Source of the DNA: Rotaria socialis | Lineage: Eukaryota | Reading direction: 5' to 3' | Assembly (NCBI GenBank): GCA_905331295.1 | Contig: CAJNYD010000054.1 | Span: 186,001 to 217,883 of the forward strand | DNA length: 31,883 nucleotides | In this document: positions 1-12,323 of the stretch, piece after piece | How the letters are laid out: every line of letters starts with the position of its first letter | Position numbering within the stretch: position 1 is the stretch's first letter | The notes under the pieces: model-generated | The model's input: only the letters and a program-made list of their open reading frames with translations | What the model was told of the DNA's origin: nothing | Database searches by the model: none | Translations under genes and position numbers: made by a program

Positions 1-3000
1 TCAGATGACATTAGCACTAATCTCATCATCAATATATTCAATAATATTCGATATTTCTTGAATCAATACCGATATAATTCTCATTGAAATCATGGTGAGG
101 TAACATTAGAACTACTGAAAGCATGTATATATTCAATAACATTCGATATTTGTTAAATCAATGTCGAAATATTCGTCAAGAGAATCATGGTGAGATGACA
201 TCAGAACTACTATAAAGATGCATATATTCAATAAAACTCGATATTTCTTCAATCGATGTTAAAATATTTCTAAACGAAATCATCATGAGATGATACTAGA
301 TGTAATCTCATCATCAATACATTCAAGAATATTCGATATTTGTTAAACCAACATCAAAATATTTCTCAATGAAATCATTATGAGATGACATTAGCACTAA
401 CCTCATTATCAATATATTCAATAATATTCCATATTTGGTGAATCAATGTCGAAATATTACTCAGTGAATCATGATGAGAAAATATTAGAACTGATCTCAC
501 CATCAAAACATTCAATAATATTGCATATTTTTGAATCAATATCGAAACGTTTCACTTTGAAATCATCAAGAGATGATACTAGAACCAATGTCATCATGAA
601 TATGTTCAATAATGTTCGATATTTGTTGAAAGAATATCGAAATATTTGTCAATGAAATCATGACGGGATCATATTAGAACTAATCTCACGATTAATATAT
701 TCAATAATATTCAATATTTGTTGAAACCATGCGCAAATATTTCTCAATGAAATCATGATGAAATCATATTAGAACTAACCTAAAGATGTATAGATACAAT
801 AATATGCGATATCTTTTGAGTGAATATTGAAATTTTTATGAATGAAACGATGATGCTGTGATATTAGAACTAATCTAAAAATGAAGATATTCAATAATAT
901 TCCATCTTTCTTCAATCAACATCGAAATATTTCTGAATAAAATCGCGATGAGATGAGATGAAAACGAATCTCATCATTAATACATTCAGTAGTAGTCGAT
1001 CTTTCTTGAATCAATATCGAAATATTTCTCAATGAAATGATGACTGGATGATATTAGAACTAATCTCACCATCAATATATTCAATAATATTCGGGATCTG
1101 TTCAATCAGTGTCGAATTAATTCGGACTTACATCGCTATGAGATGTTATTAGAAGTAATTTCATCATCAACATATCCAATTATGTTCGATATTTGTTGAA
1201 TCAATGATGAAATATTTCTGAATGAAATCACGATGAGATGACATTAGAACGAATTTCACGATCAACATATTCAATAATATTCAATATTTGCTGTGTCAAT
1301 ATCGAAATATCTCTCAATGAAATCTTGATGAGACCATACTTGAACCAATAACATCATGACTATATTCAAGAATATTGGATATTTGCTGAAGGAGGATAGA
1401 AACATTTCTGACTGAAATCACAGTGAGCTGACATTAAAACTAATTTAAACATGCATATATTCAATAATATTCGATATTGTTGACTCAATATCGAAATAGT
1501 TCCCGATGGAACCATGATGAGATGACATCAGAACCACTATAAAGATGTATATATTCAATAAAACTCGATATTTCTTCAATCAATGTCAAAATATTTCAAA
1601 ATGAAATCATCATGAGATGTTACTAGCACTAATCTCATCAACAATATACTCAATAATATTCGATATTTGTTCAATCAACATAGAAATACTTCTGAATGAA
1701 ATCGTGATGGGGTGATATCAGAACCAATCTCATAATGAATATATTCAACAATATTCGATATTAGTTTAATCAATGTCAAAATATTTCTCAATGAAATCAC
1801 TATGAGATGATGTTAGAGCTAATTTCATCATGAATATATTCAATAATGATTGTTGTTCCTCTAACCGTGGCGAAATCTTTCTGAATGAAAGCATGATGTG
1901 ATGACATTAGGAGGAATCTCACGATCAATATATTCGATAATATTCAATATTCGTTGAACCGATGTCGGACTATCTCTCAATGAAATCATGATGAGATGGT
2001 ATTAGAAGCAATCAAAACATGTACATATTCAATAACGTTGCACATTGTTGCCCCAATATGGGAATATTTCTCGAGGAAATCATGGCGAGATCAGATTGGA
2101 GCCGGTCTAAAGATGCATATATTCAGTATTATTCGATATTTGTTGAAACCATGCCCAAATATTTCTCAACGAATTGATGATGTGACGATATTAGAACTAA
2201 TCTCATAATCGATATATTCAATAGTATTAGAGGTTTGTTGAATGAATATCGAAGTATTTGTGAATGAAATGATGACTGGATGATATTAGAACTAATCTTA
2301 TCATGAATATATTCAATAATATTCGATATTTGTTAAAGCAATATCCAGATCTTTGTGAATGAAATGAGGAATAGATAATATTATAACTAATCTAAACATG
2401 TATATATTCAATAATATTCCATATTTGTTCTCTCAATGTCGAAATATTTCTCAATGAAATTATAATGAGATGATATGGGAATTAATCTCAGCATCAATAT
2501 ATTCAATAATATTCGATCTTTGTTGAATCAATAGGAAAATATTTTTCAATGAAATCATGATGAGATGATATTAGAACCAAAGTCAGCATCAGTATATTCA
2601 ATAATATTCGACATTTGTCGAATCAATATGGGAATATTACTCGATGAGATCATTATGAGATTTTATTAGAACTAAAATCATCATCAATATCTTCAATAAT
2701 ATTCCATATTTGTTGAATCGATATCGAAATATTTCGCATTGAAATCATGACGACATGTTATTAGAACTAATCTCAGCATCGATATATTCAATAATATTTG
2801 ATAGTTGTTCAATCAATGGCGAAATATTGCTGAAGGAAATCATGATGAAATGCTAGGAGAACAAATGTCATCATCAATATATTCAATAATATTCGATATT
2901 TGTTGAATCAAATCGAAACATTTCTTGGTGAGCTCACGATGAGATGTCATTAGAAATGATCTAAAGATGTATATATTCAATTATATTCGATATTTGTGGA

Positions 3001-4884
3001 ATCAATGTCGAGATATTTCTCAATGAAATCGTTATGACATGATATCTGTAGTAATCTCATCATAAATATATTCAATAATATGCGACACTTCTCCAATCAA
3101 TCTCGAAATATTTCTCAATGAAACCATTATGAGATGATATTAGAACTAATCTCAGCATCAATGTATTCAATAATAGTCGATAGTTGTTGAATCGATATCG
3201 AAGTATTTCTCAATGGAGTCAGTATGAGATGACGTTGGGACTAATTTGAAGATTTATATATTCAATAATATTCGATATTTTTTGAATCAATATCGGGATA
3301 TTTGTCAATGAAATCATTATGGCATGATATTAGAACTTATCTCAGCATCTATGTATTCAGTAATAGTCTATAGTTCTTGAATCAATATGGATATATTTCT
3401 GAATAGAATCATGATGAGATGATATAAGAACTAATGTCATCATCAATATATTCAATAATATTCGATGTTTTGAATCACTATCGAAGTATTTCTGAAGTAA
3501 TTCATTATGAGATGATATTATAAGGAATCTAATGATGTATATATTCAATAATATTCGATATTTGTTGAGTCAGAATCGTTATGTTTCTGAATGAAATCAT
3601 GAGGTGATGATAATGGAACTGTTCTCACGATGACCATATTCATTAATATTCCATACTTGTTGAGTCAATCTCGAAATATTTCTCTATGAAATCATGAGAA
3701 GATGTTATTAGAGCTAATCTCAGCATGAATATATTCAATAATATTCCAGATTTGTTGAATCAATGTTGAAGTGTTTCTGAAATAAATCATGGTGAGATGA
3801 TATTAGAACTAATCTAAACATGAATGTATTCAATAATATTCGATATTTGTTGAATGAATATTGAAATATTTCTGAATTTAATCATCGTGAGAGGATAATA
3901 GAACTGATCAAAAAATCAATATATTCAATAATATTCGATATTTGTGGAATCAATGTTGAAGTATTTCTCGATGAAATCATGATCAGATTATATGAGAACT
4001 AATCTCATAATCGATATATTCAATAATATTCGATATTTGGTGTGGAAATATCGAAATATTTGTGAATGAAATCATGACGGGATGATGCTAGAATTAATCT
4101 CATCATCAATATATTCAATAACATTAGATAGTTCTTGAATGAAGATTGACATATTTCTGAATGAAATGAGGATGAGATAATATTAGAACTAATCTGAAGA
4201 TGAATATATTCAATATTATTCGATATTTGTTGAGTCAATATCGAAATATTTCTGAATGAAATCGTGATGAGATGATATTAGAACTAATGTGACTATGAAT
4301 ATGTTCAATAATATTCGATATTTGTTGAATGAATATGGAAATATTTCTCAATGAAAGCATGATGGGATGATATTAGAAGGAATCCCACCATGTATATATT
4401 CAATAATATTCGATATTTGTCGAATCAATGATGAAATATTTCTGAATGAAATCATTATGAGATGATATCAGAATTAATCTGATAATCAGTATATTCAATA
4501 ATACTCGTTATTTGTTGAATGAATATCGAAATTTTTCTGAGTGAAATGATGATGAGACCATATGGGAGCTCCTCTCATGATGAATATATTCAACAATATT
4601 CGATATTTGCTAAAGGAATATAGAAATATTTCTCATGGAAATCCTGGTCAGATGACGCTAGAACTAATCTAAAGATGTATATATTCAATAATATTGGATA
4701 TATTTGACTCAGTATCGAGATATGTCTCGCTGAAATCATGGTGAGATGATATTAGAACTTGTGCCATCAGCAGCATATTCAATAATATTCGATTATTGTG
4801 GAATGAAGGGCGAAATATTTCTGATTGAAGTCAGGATGAGGTGATATTTTTACTGATCTAAGGATGAATATATTCAATAATATT
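1..4884. repeat. Tandem satellite array, 95-bp unit, ~51 copies visible (runs off the left edge of the window)
   Basis: Core ATTCAA recurs at 36, 131, 226, 321, 416 ... 4872 (95-bp spacing with rare small indels). Eye-derived consensus: GATGATATTAGAACTAATCTCATCATCAATATATTCAATAATATTCGATATTTGTTGAATCAATATCGAAATATTTCTCAATGAAATCATGATGA. Units differ by scattered substitutions. The array ends abruptly at 4884. Confidence 0.97.
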
Positions 4885-5418
4885 ACTGGTGCCGTGGTTG
4901 GATGATCGGTTGTTTGTGTTATGGAATATCGGGGGTTATTTGGATATGTGGTATCTTTTTTTTGTCAAGAACTATGTTGAATATTTGGGCTTTGTTGATT
5001 TCTATGGCTGAAATGGAGGAAGCTGGCTGTTGAATAGAGGAAGTATTTATAGTTTGAGTATTTTTTTTTGTTTTGATGGCCAATGTCGTTTTTTTCCGCA
5101 CCTAGAATGAACAGAGGAGTTTACGGGATTTTTTTTAGGTATTGGGATTGTTTTTCATGGCTGGATGGAGTGTGGTAGTATTTATTTTTCGTCATGTGCT
5201 TAGTTGAATGACTATAGTTATATAAATAAAGAAGTAATGATGGGTTCCCGTTTATAATGATATAGGTGGTGAAGTTGACTGTGAAATCAGTTTGAATTTT
5301 GTGAACGCTGTCGCTGTTAGCAAGGCTAGATTACTGTGTGCTATGTACAGAGTTGACCTAGTAGAGTGGTACGAAAGGTCGAACAAGGAAAAGCTCTTAA
5401 TGTCAGTCCTGTTTTAGT

Positions 5419-6738
5419 ATCTGGCATCGCAGCGGCCCTCTCAAAAAATATGTGAATTTCTATATAGGATAGGTCTAAAATAAATAGGATCGCCCTCAGC
5501 TATATGGGGAAAATATAGGATGCAAATTTGCTCTAGAAAAAAATTTAGACACCGAACAATCACTGCAGCAGCATTGAAGGTGATAATGTGTTGTTTTTGC
5601 ACGTATATCTAATCAACTAAATAAAAATATTATTGAGTTTTGAAAAGGAATGGAGCAGCAAGATTTTCTTAAAACATAAAGAAACTAATTTATATTTGAT
5701 TTATTTTCAACTATTGGACATATATATGCGATATAGTGTGTGGGTGGGTTCTGAACAAAAATACTCACACATTCACATCAACACCCATCCATCCACCCAC
5801 ACCCCAATGATTTCAATGAGCTTTTCTTTAATATGTGTTGCATAAAGTACATTTATTCACATTACGGCATTCAGAGTCTATTTTCCTCAATCAGTGCGGA
5901 CGAAACTTCGTATATGGTGGCATTAATTTAACATGAACAGAATCAGTAAAATCAAGTTCAAAATTTTAATTTAAAAATAAAAGATGAAATGTTGAACCAG
6001 ATAAGAATAGTATTGATGAGGTTTTGTGGACAAAATTTTGTGATTGTCGTTTGCGAAACAAAATAATGTTTTTGCTTGTCCTACCGGGAAATGTTTTTAA
6101 CCTTTTTTGGTATTCCGCCTTTTAGAACTTCATAGTAAGCTACATCGAATTTCATCGACAGATTTCAAATTTCATCGAAAAATAAGCATCGATTCAGGAG
6201 TTATAATGTTGTGAATTTTTTTCAAATACCGCCAAAATTTTAGCAAAATTTCAAACCGTTATAACTCCTGAATCGATGCTTATTTTTCGATGAAATTTGA
6301 AATCTGTCGATGAAATTCAATGTAGCTTACTATGAAGTTCTAAAAGGCGGAATATCAAAAAAGGTTAAAAACATTTCCCAGTAGGACAAGCAAAAACATT
6401 ATTTTGTTTTCGCAAACTACAATCACAAAATTTTGTCCACAAAACCTCATTATATAGTTCCAATATGACCCCCCATAAGTTCCATCTAGGTCCCATGTAT
6501 TGACGCTGATATGTAACATACCCAAAAATCCTGGATAAAACACTGATACAAAGACAATTAATGCAAAGAGTGTACTATATACATTATCTAGATAACGTTT
6601 TGAACGCTTATCAAGAATTTTTGGAATTTTTTGAAAAAAATAGGAATATAGGAAAAAAACTCAAAATATAGTCTATTATAGGATAAATTTTTAAAATATA
6701 GGAAATATAGGATATATAGAACTGCTACGAAGCCAGAT
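5419..6738. mobile_element. Degenerate non-autonomous TIR element carrying nested insertions
   Basis: Left end ATCTGGCATCGCAGCGG (5419) matches the reverse complement of the right end, ATCTGGCTTCGTAGCAG (ends 6738). ATAGGA subterminal repeats cluster at both ends (5464-5520 and 6640-6715). No transposase ORF. Confidence 0.6.
6016..6450. mobile_element. Foldback/MITE: ~191-bp near-perfect inverted repeat with a 52-bp spacer
   Basis: Arm 6016-6206 (ATGAGGTTTTGTGGAC...GGAGTTATAA) is the reverse complement of 6259-6450. I count 4 substitutions and 1 single-base indel. Confidence 0.92.
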
Positions 6739-9700
6739 TTAGTATGGAATTTCAGGTTGTTGGCCTTGGGTGAAAAGATTGGTATGTTTCCCAACATGAA
6801 AGTTGTTGGTTCAAGACAAAAAGATTTGAAATCTATGTGTAGTCTGGGATATAGGTTGAGTTTCGAAGTTCATTTATAGTGTAACGTAGCATGTCTTAAT
6901 ATCTTTGGATTTATTTATTTGTATACTATGTTTGTAATAACCGGTAACATTGTGTGGTGTGGTTTATTGTGTTATATTCGAGATATCCTGAAATGTGATT
7001 AACTTGGAGTTTTGAAAAACTGTGTCGAAACTCAGGAGACATTTTCGAAAATGCTCGAACCATTCAAAGTGTTATGATGAACAATGTAATATGAAGAAAT
7101 AAATTTGAGTGATTCAATCAAAATTTGTGAACAGTAGAAAAATCTCAGAAAACATTTGACGAGACTGTTTGAACCTATTTTTTATCTTATGTAGTTGCTT
7201 TAGTGTAATTTTTCTAATATCACGTTTAAGATTAGAATGCGTAAGAATTACAATTTTTAATTTTAGACTGAATACGTTAACATATTTTGTCGCAGCAAAA
7301 ATCTGGAAACGTTTTCAATCTATCTTACTATTTCAAACTTTATCCTGAAATCTTTCATATATACCATAGAAATGTAATTTGTTTTGTGTTGGTCTCAATT
7401 TTGTTGTTGCATCTTTGATTACAGCGAATCCAACCAATCTTGCTACACCACAAAAAATTGCCTTATTTTAGCTATTGATGCGATGTGAGGTCTCGATATT
7501 AATCTCGTATGATTAGGCATTTCGGTGTTGTGAAAATCTGAACATGGCTTCTTATGTGATCTATTTTTCTACATCATGACAGAGCATTTATATGTATTAG
7601 AGTATATATTAGTGTTGTCTTACACAGAATAAAACAATCTTTTGAGCTTTTCGTTCAAAGCAGAAGAAAATGAGCGTCATGGTAGTGTGGAAATATTAAT
7701 TATTCTTATTGATGGTGTATAAAATTCTTTTATTCTATTATTTTCAACTACCAAAAGTGTTCGAAAGACTATGATAACATAGTTCGAGTAGAACTCTCAA
7801 TGACTGATTCAAAAATGATGATATGATAAATTGTGTATTATTCTGATTGTTGTTCTGCTAGATTCAATTCGTATTGAATTCTTCAAAATATCAAAGTGGT
7901 GCATTTTGCATACGAAGTTTTATTTACTCGAATGAAATTTGTTTCCTTCCTTGTTAAAATGATAATAAAATGTTCAAAAGATTTTTAATCTTTTAATTTT
8001 CACAGATTTCCTAATCATACATTAGAAATGAAACAAGTTATAATATTTCTGCGAATGATTTTTAAAAACTTGGAAGATTTCATTTGACAGAATAAATTTT
8101 CCTGTTTGAAACACCTGCATTCTGTCAATTTAAAGCTTCCCCTACGAATTAAAATATTGACACAACAATTAAGATAATATTTCGAGAAAATACTTAGACA
8201 ATGCTAAGTTATTGGAGAGGTTTATTCGCAGTATTTATAGAAACACTTCAACTTATTTTGAAGAGTCATACGCTTACTTCTAGAATAGCAAAATATTGCA
8301 TAGAACTTGAATACATTTCGACAAGAACGTTCTAGTCTCACATTTTGTCAATCCGCTTTAAAATATTTAAAAAAATATAGGTTCAAGATCTTGAATGAAC
8401 TATCATTAGTCAAGAGGAAACACAGTAAAAAGAAGTTGATGAAATTAATTTTCCCTTCTGACTAATTGCTAGCATTAATAAAATAATAATCTTTCTATGT
8501 GTATTCTATAGTTTTTTAATTAGCTGGCAAGCCCTTCAGAAATTTTTCAGGATGTTGAATGCACATCAATTTATATAGAACATTTAAAATGTTCTCTTTA
8601 TTCATAATGTTTGATAGCTATACACAATATTTTTTTCAGATTTATATTATATGACAAAATCGTATGTTGATCGCAATAAAAAAACGACTCCCAGTACTGC
8701 AAATGTTTACTTTCGATAGTATTCAGGATGATAGAAAAAATATTGAATCTCGCTGAATTTGAATGAAGACTTTTTGAAATTGTTCAATATTCTGTTTTCA
8801 ATATTATGAAGCTACAATTTTTCGTCTCCTAAAAAAGCAACATAAAATATAACGAAAATCTTGATAAAAGAAAAGAATGACAGCTCATATGAGATTTTTA
8901 TTTGCTGTTGAGAAAATTACGAAGACTTTAAAAATGTTTCTTTTTAGCGCTTTAATAAGGCTTTCGAAAGAAATGGAGAAACTTTTCGACGGTTTAATCG
9001 AGTATTATTTTCACGTGAACACGATTCTCTCAAATGAGAATTTTGCTAGCCTCTTTTCAAAAAAATCCTTAAAAATGATTAAATGACAGTCTGAATGTTT
9101 ATTTACTCAGAGTGATTGGTCCTAATGCCACCGTGATATTCAAATCTTTAAAAACAAAACGTTGAGCATCTGAATTTTTCCAAGTCTGTTTGAAACATTC
9201 CTTTTTCATTCTGAAATTCATATCAAACATGCTCTCTTGATTGATGTGCTTTTTTTTATCAAACAACGATAAGACATGAATGAGACGGAACAAAGAGACT
9301 GATTCTATTTTGTTTTTTTTTTCGTTCTATTCTATTCTTAACTAAATGACTCCAGCAAAAATGCACGCAGTTCTTGCAAATAAAAACATATTTTCGGCTT
9401 GAAAAACACAAATGTTTTTTATTGAAATTCTGATCATTGGATTCATTACGTTGAGCTCTGTCGATTCATGTCCATCTCATTACGTTTAAATCTTTTCTAA
9501 ATCTTTTTTTCTATGAAAAAATCAAATTTTCCCGTGATATCAAAATGCGGTGCGACTTTATTTCATCACGCCATAGAAAAATACATGTAAAATTGTTGAT
9601 GATCAGAAAAAAACATGCTAATGTATCGTACTAGCAGAAACAGTAATTTTTTAAAGTTACTCTAGAGTTAAGGTCGTTCGCTGCAGCATCAAAAAGGATT

Positions 9701-11107
9701 TGATACATATATTTTTTCAACATTGTCACAAATGAAAGTTTTCAAAATTTAGGCCATAAGAACAGACAGACGTCATGTTCCTTCGATCATATAATTACGA
9801 TAATAGGCTTAATTGTAGACTAATTTATGAGATGCGTACGTAAACGAATTAATATTATTAACTACTAACCAATTTGTTTAAACAAGAATTAGATAGTTAT
9901 GAGCTGATTGGTCAATAAAAAGTATGCTAGTTATTGTCCAACTTGATTCTTTGAGTATTCTCTCTATGATATGAATATGTCACATTTGGAACTTCAAATT
10001 GTAAGTCATGTATAATCTTGTATTATGATAATTTCAAGGAAGTTTATGTTAAAATCTTCTGCCGTCTCGTATATATTCATAGTGCTTGAGCTTACCTACA
10101 TTCTTTCTATTGATTATTTTCGAAAATTCCGAAGTTCGTCTAGCGTCAACAGGTATTTTTCTATTGTGTGATGAAATAAGAAAACATGGAATAGATGCAG
10201 TGATTAGGATAAAGTTACACTACTTGATTACATCACAGCGAAAATTCGATTGATACGGGGAGAAAAACGATGAAGGCGGTATTAAAAGCAGTAAAAAAGA
10301 CATCAATCAATAGAGTTTTACCTAAAGATTCAAATGATATATTTTTTGATTCGGAAGACGACAATGTTACGATAGAAAATTAGATTATTTAATGAAATTC
10401 GTATATTTTTGCTGAAAATGACAGAATTGGGAACGGATAGTAGTTGTGGTGATAGAATTAAAATATCGATAGAGCTTGAAAAAATCAAAGTAGATTTTCA
10501 TGTTACGGTTCCTATTCATCCATAACTTCGTTATTCTGAGGAAAAGTTACATGAACAGATGAAGAAATGTTTACTCGATTTCGGAAACTAAAATTCAGTT
10601 CAAACAAACTTAACAGAACAGAGATATAAAGGCTGTACTTCAACTATCTGAAAAAAGTGATGGAATTAGGATATGTTACTCTAATCAATATTTGTTGGGA
10701 ATAAAATTTTGTGGTAAAAGATGATTCCTGAGGTAAAATCCCTTCTCAATTTCATTTTTATGTAGAAAACTGATAGGAATCATTACTTTTTATAAAGTGA
10801 ATAGAAATCAATCCAAAGTAATAAAAGTAATGTTTCAAAGGAGATATCACTTTTTCGAGATTCTTTCCAAGGCAATATGTGTTCATAGTAAACTAAAACA
10901 CAAATGAATTAATTGACAATGAATTTATAATGTCGAATAGTAGCCTGATATTTCTCAAGATTACATATTTTACCTTGATAAATTAATAGACTTTTAAACT
11001 GAACAGTTAGAAATTAATAATTTAGTTCTTTTTAGCTTCAGCTCTTTTTAAAAAAGTCCTGGAAGATAACATTAGGAAAAAATTCTTCAGTACGATCCTA
11101 ATTATTT

Positions 11108-11467
11108 GGAATTGGCGGAAAAGGCAGAAAGAAAAAACACCGAAAAGGAAAATGTCGAAAAAAAAAGGAAAACGTACAATGAAAAAGATGTCCATAGATA
11201 ACGAAAGTTTTTTCTTTTGATTTGGTAATCAATGCAAAGCAATTATTGAAGGGATTAACATTACTACTTGGATCACACAAAAAAGAAAATAATGCTGATA
11301 AACTTAGTTTTCTTTTTTTTTATTGTATTTTATCATATGATCGAATAAATTTTTTATTTTTCGTTAAAATTATCAAGAAACGCAATTTCCGTCATTTACC
11401 TATCGATGTTTTCCTTTTTCTAATTATTTTTTTCGACGTCTTCCCTTTCTGCCTTTTCCACCAAACC
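11108..11467. mobile_element. MITE with GGAAAAGGCAGAAAG terminal inverted repeats (possibly Mutator-like)
   Basis: Left GGAATTGGCGGAAAAGGCAGAAAG pairs with right CTTTCTGCCTTTTCCACCAAACC. Candidate 9-bp TSD TAATTATTT/CAACTATTT (7/9 match). Same TIR family as 18489-18681. Confidence 0.7.
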
Positions 11468-12323
11468 CAACTATTTTAGTCTTAAACAACAATAAAACAT
11501 GCTCATGATCTGTAAATATTTTGTCAAATCTTGATAGAATCTTTCATGTTAATTTACGTAAAGTTATTGATTTCAACATAACCGAATTTAGGAAGAAAAT
11601 CCATATCCAGAAACAGATGACACAGAAGAAACACGTAATCTTGAGAAAAGCGAGAGTATTGATCATGGACAGTAGTTTGTTTAAAGTGGCTTAGATTTGA
11701 AATATGTGAACAGCATTATTTATCCGCAATACTTTCTTAACTATATCACTGTTAATTTGAATTCATATAAATTATAATTAATTTCGTTACATCTAGAGTT
11801 TTCTTTTTTCGATTTTCATCTATCGTTAACTGCTTTAGAATAAATCCAGATTAAAAAAAAGCGATAGACTATGTCTATTTTAAACGATACAAGAATTACG
11901 AAAATTCAATCATGCGTAGCAATGGTATCGTTTAATATCGATACACATGAGCTTAGAAAGCAATATTTCTCTAGTTCATCACAGAATATTCATTAATGTT
12001 AACAGTCATTCAAATTTGAAGAGAAACTAGATCTATTCTCGAGTCAAATCCAATAAATATGAATTAACCTCAATACTGTAGACTTGGTGTTTTTTAATAA
12101 TCATTTGTGTATACTAATTGTTTAGTATCATTAAATTAATATTAATATTTCGGAAAAAACAGGTAGTTTTGCTAGAAAAATTATCACTGAACTAATAATG
12201 TTTTGATTATTGCTTTACTTAGAACTCCCCAGCATTCTTACTGAGATTTTATAGATCTATCGACAGATTTAACTCGAGTAGAATATTTTCAATGGGATCA
12301 AACTATTGTAGGACAAATACCTC

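Noticed and set aside
1..4884. CRISPR-like array (conserved palindromic core alternating with more variable sequence)
   Set aside because: The variable parts are homologous between units rather than unique spacers, the context is eukaryotic, and no cas genes are present.
1..4884. Hammerhead ribozyme or protein-coding repeat in the satellite (ORFs at 446, 1996, 3357, 4020)
   Set aside because: No CTGANGA...GAAA core with proper stems in the consensus on either strand. 95 is not a multiple of 3, and the ORFs are short chance openings.
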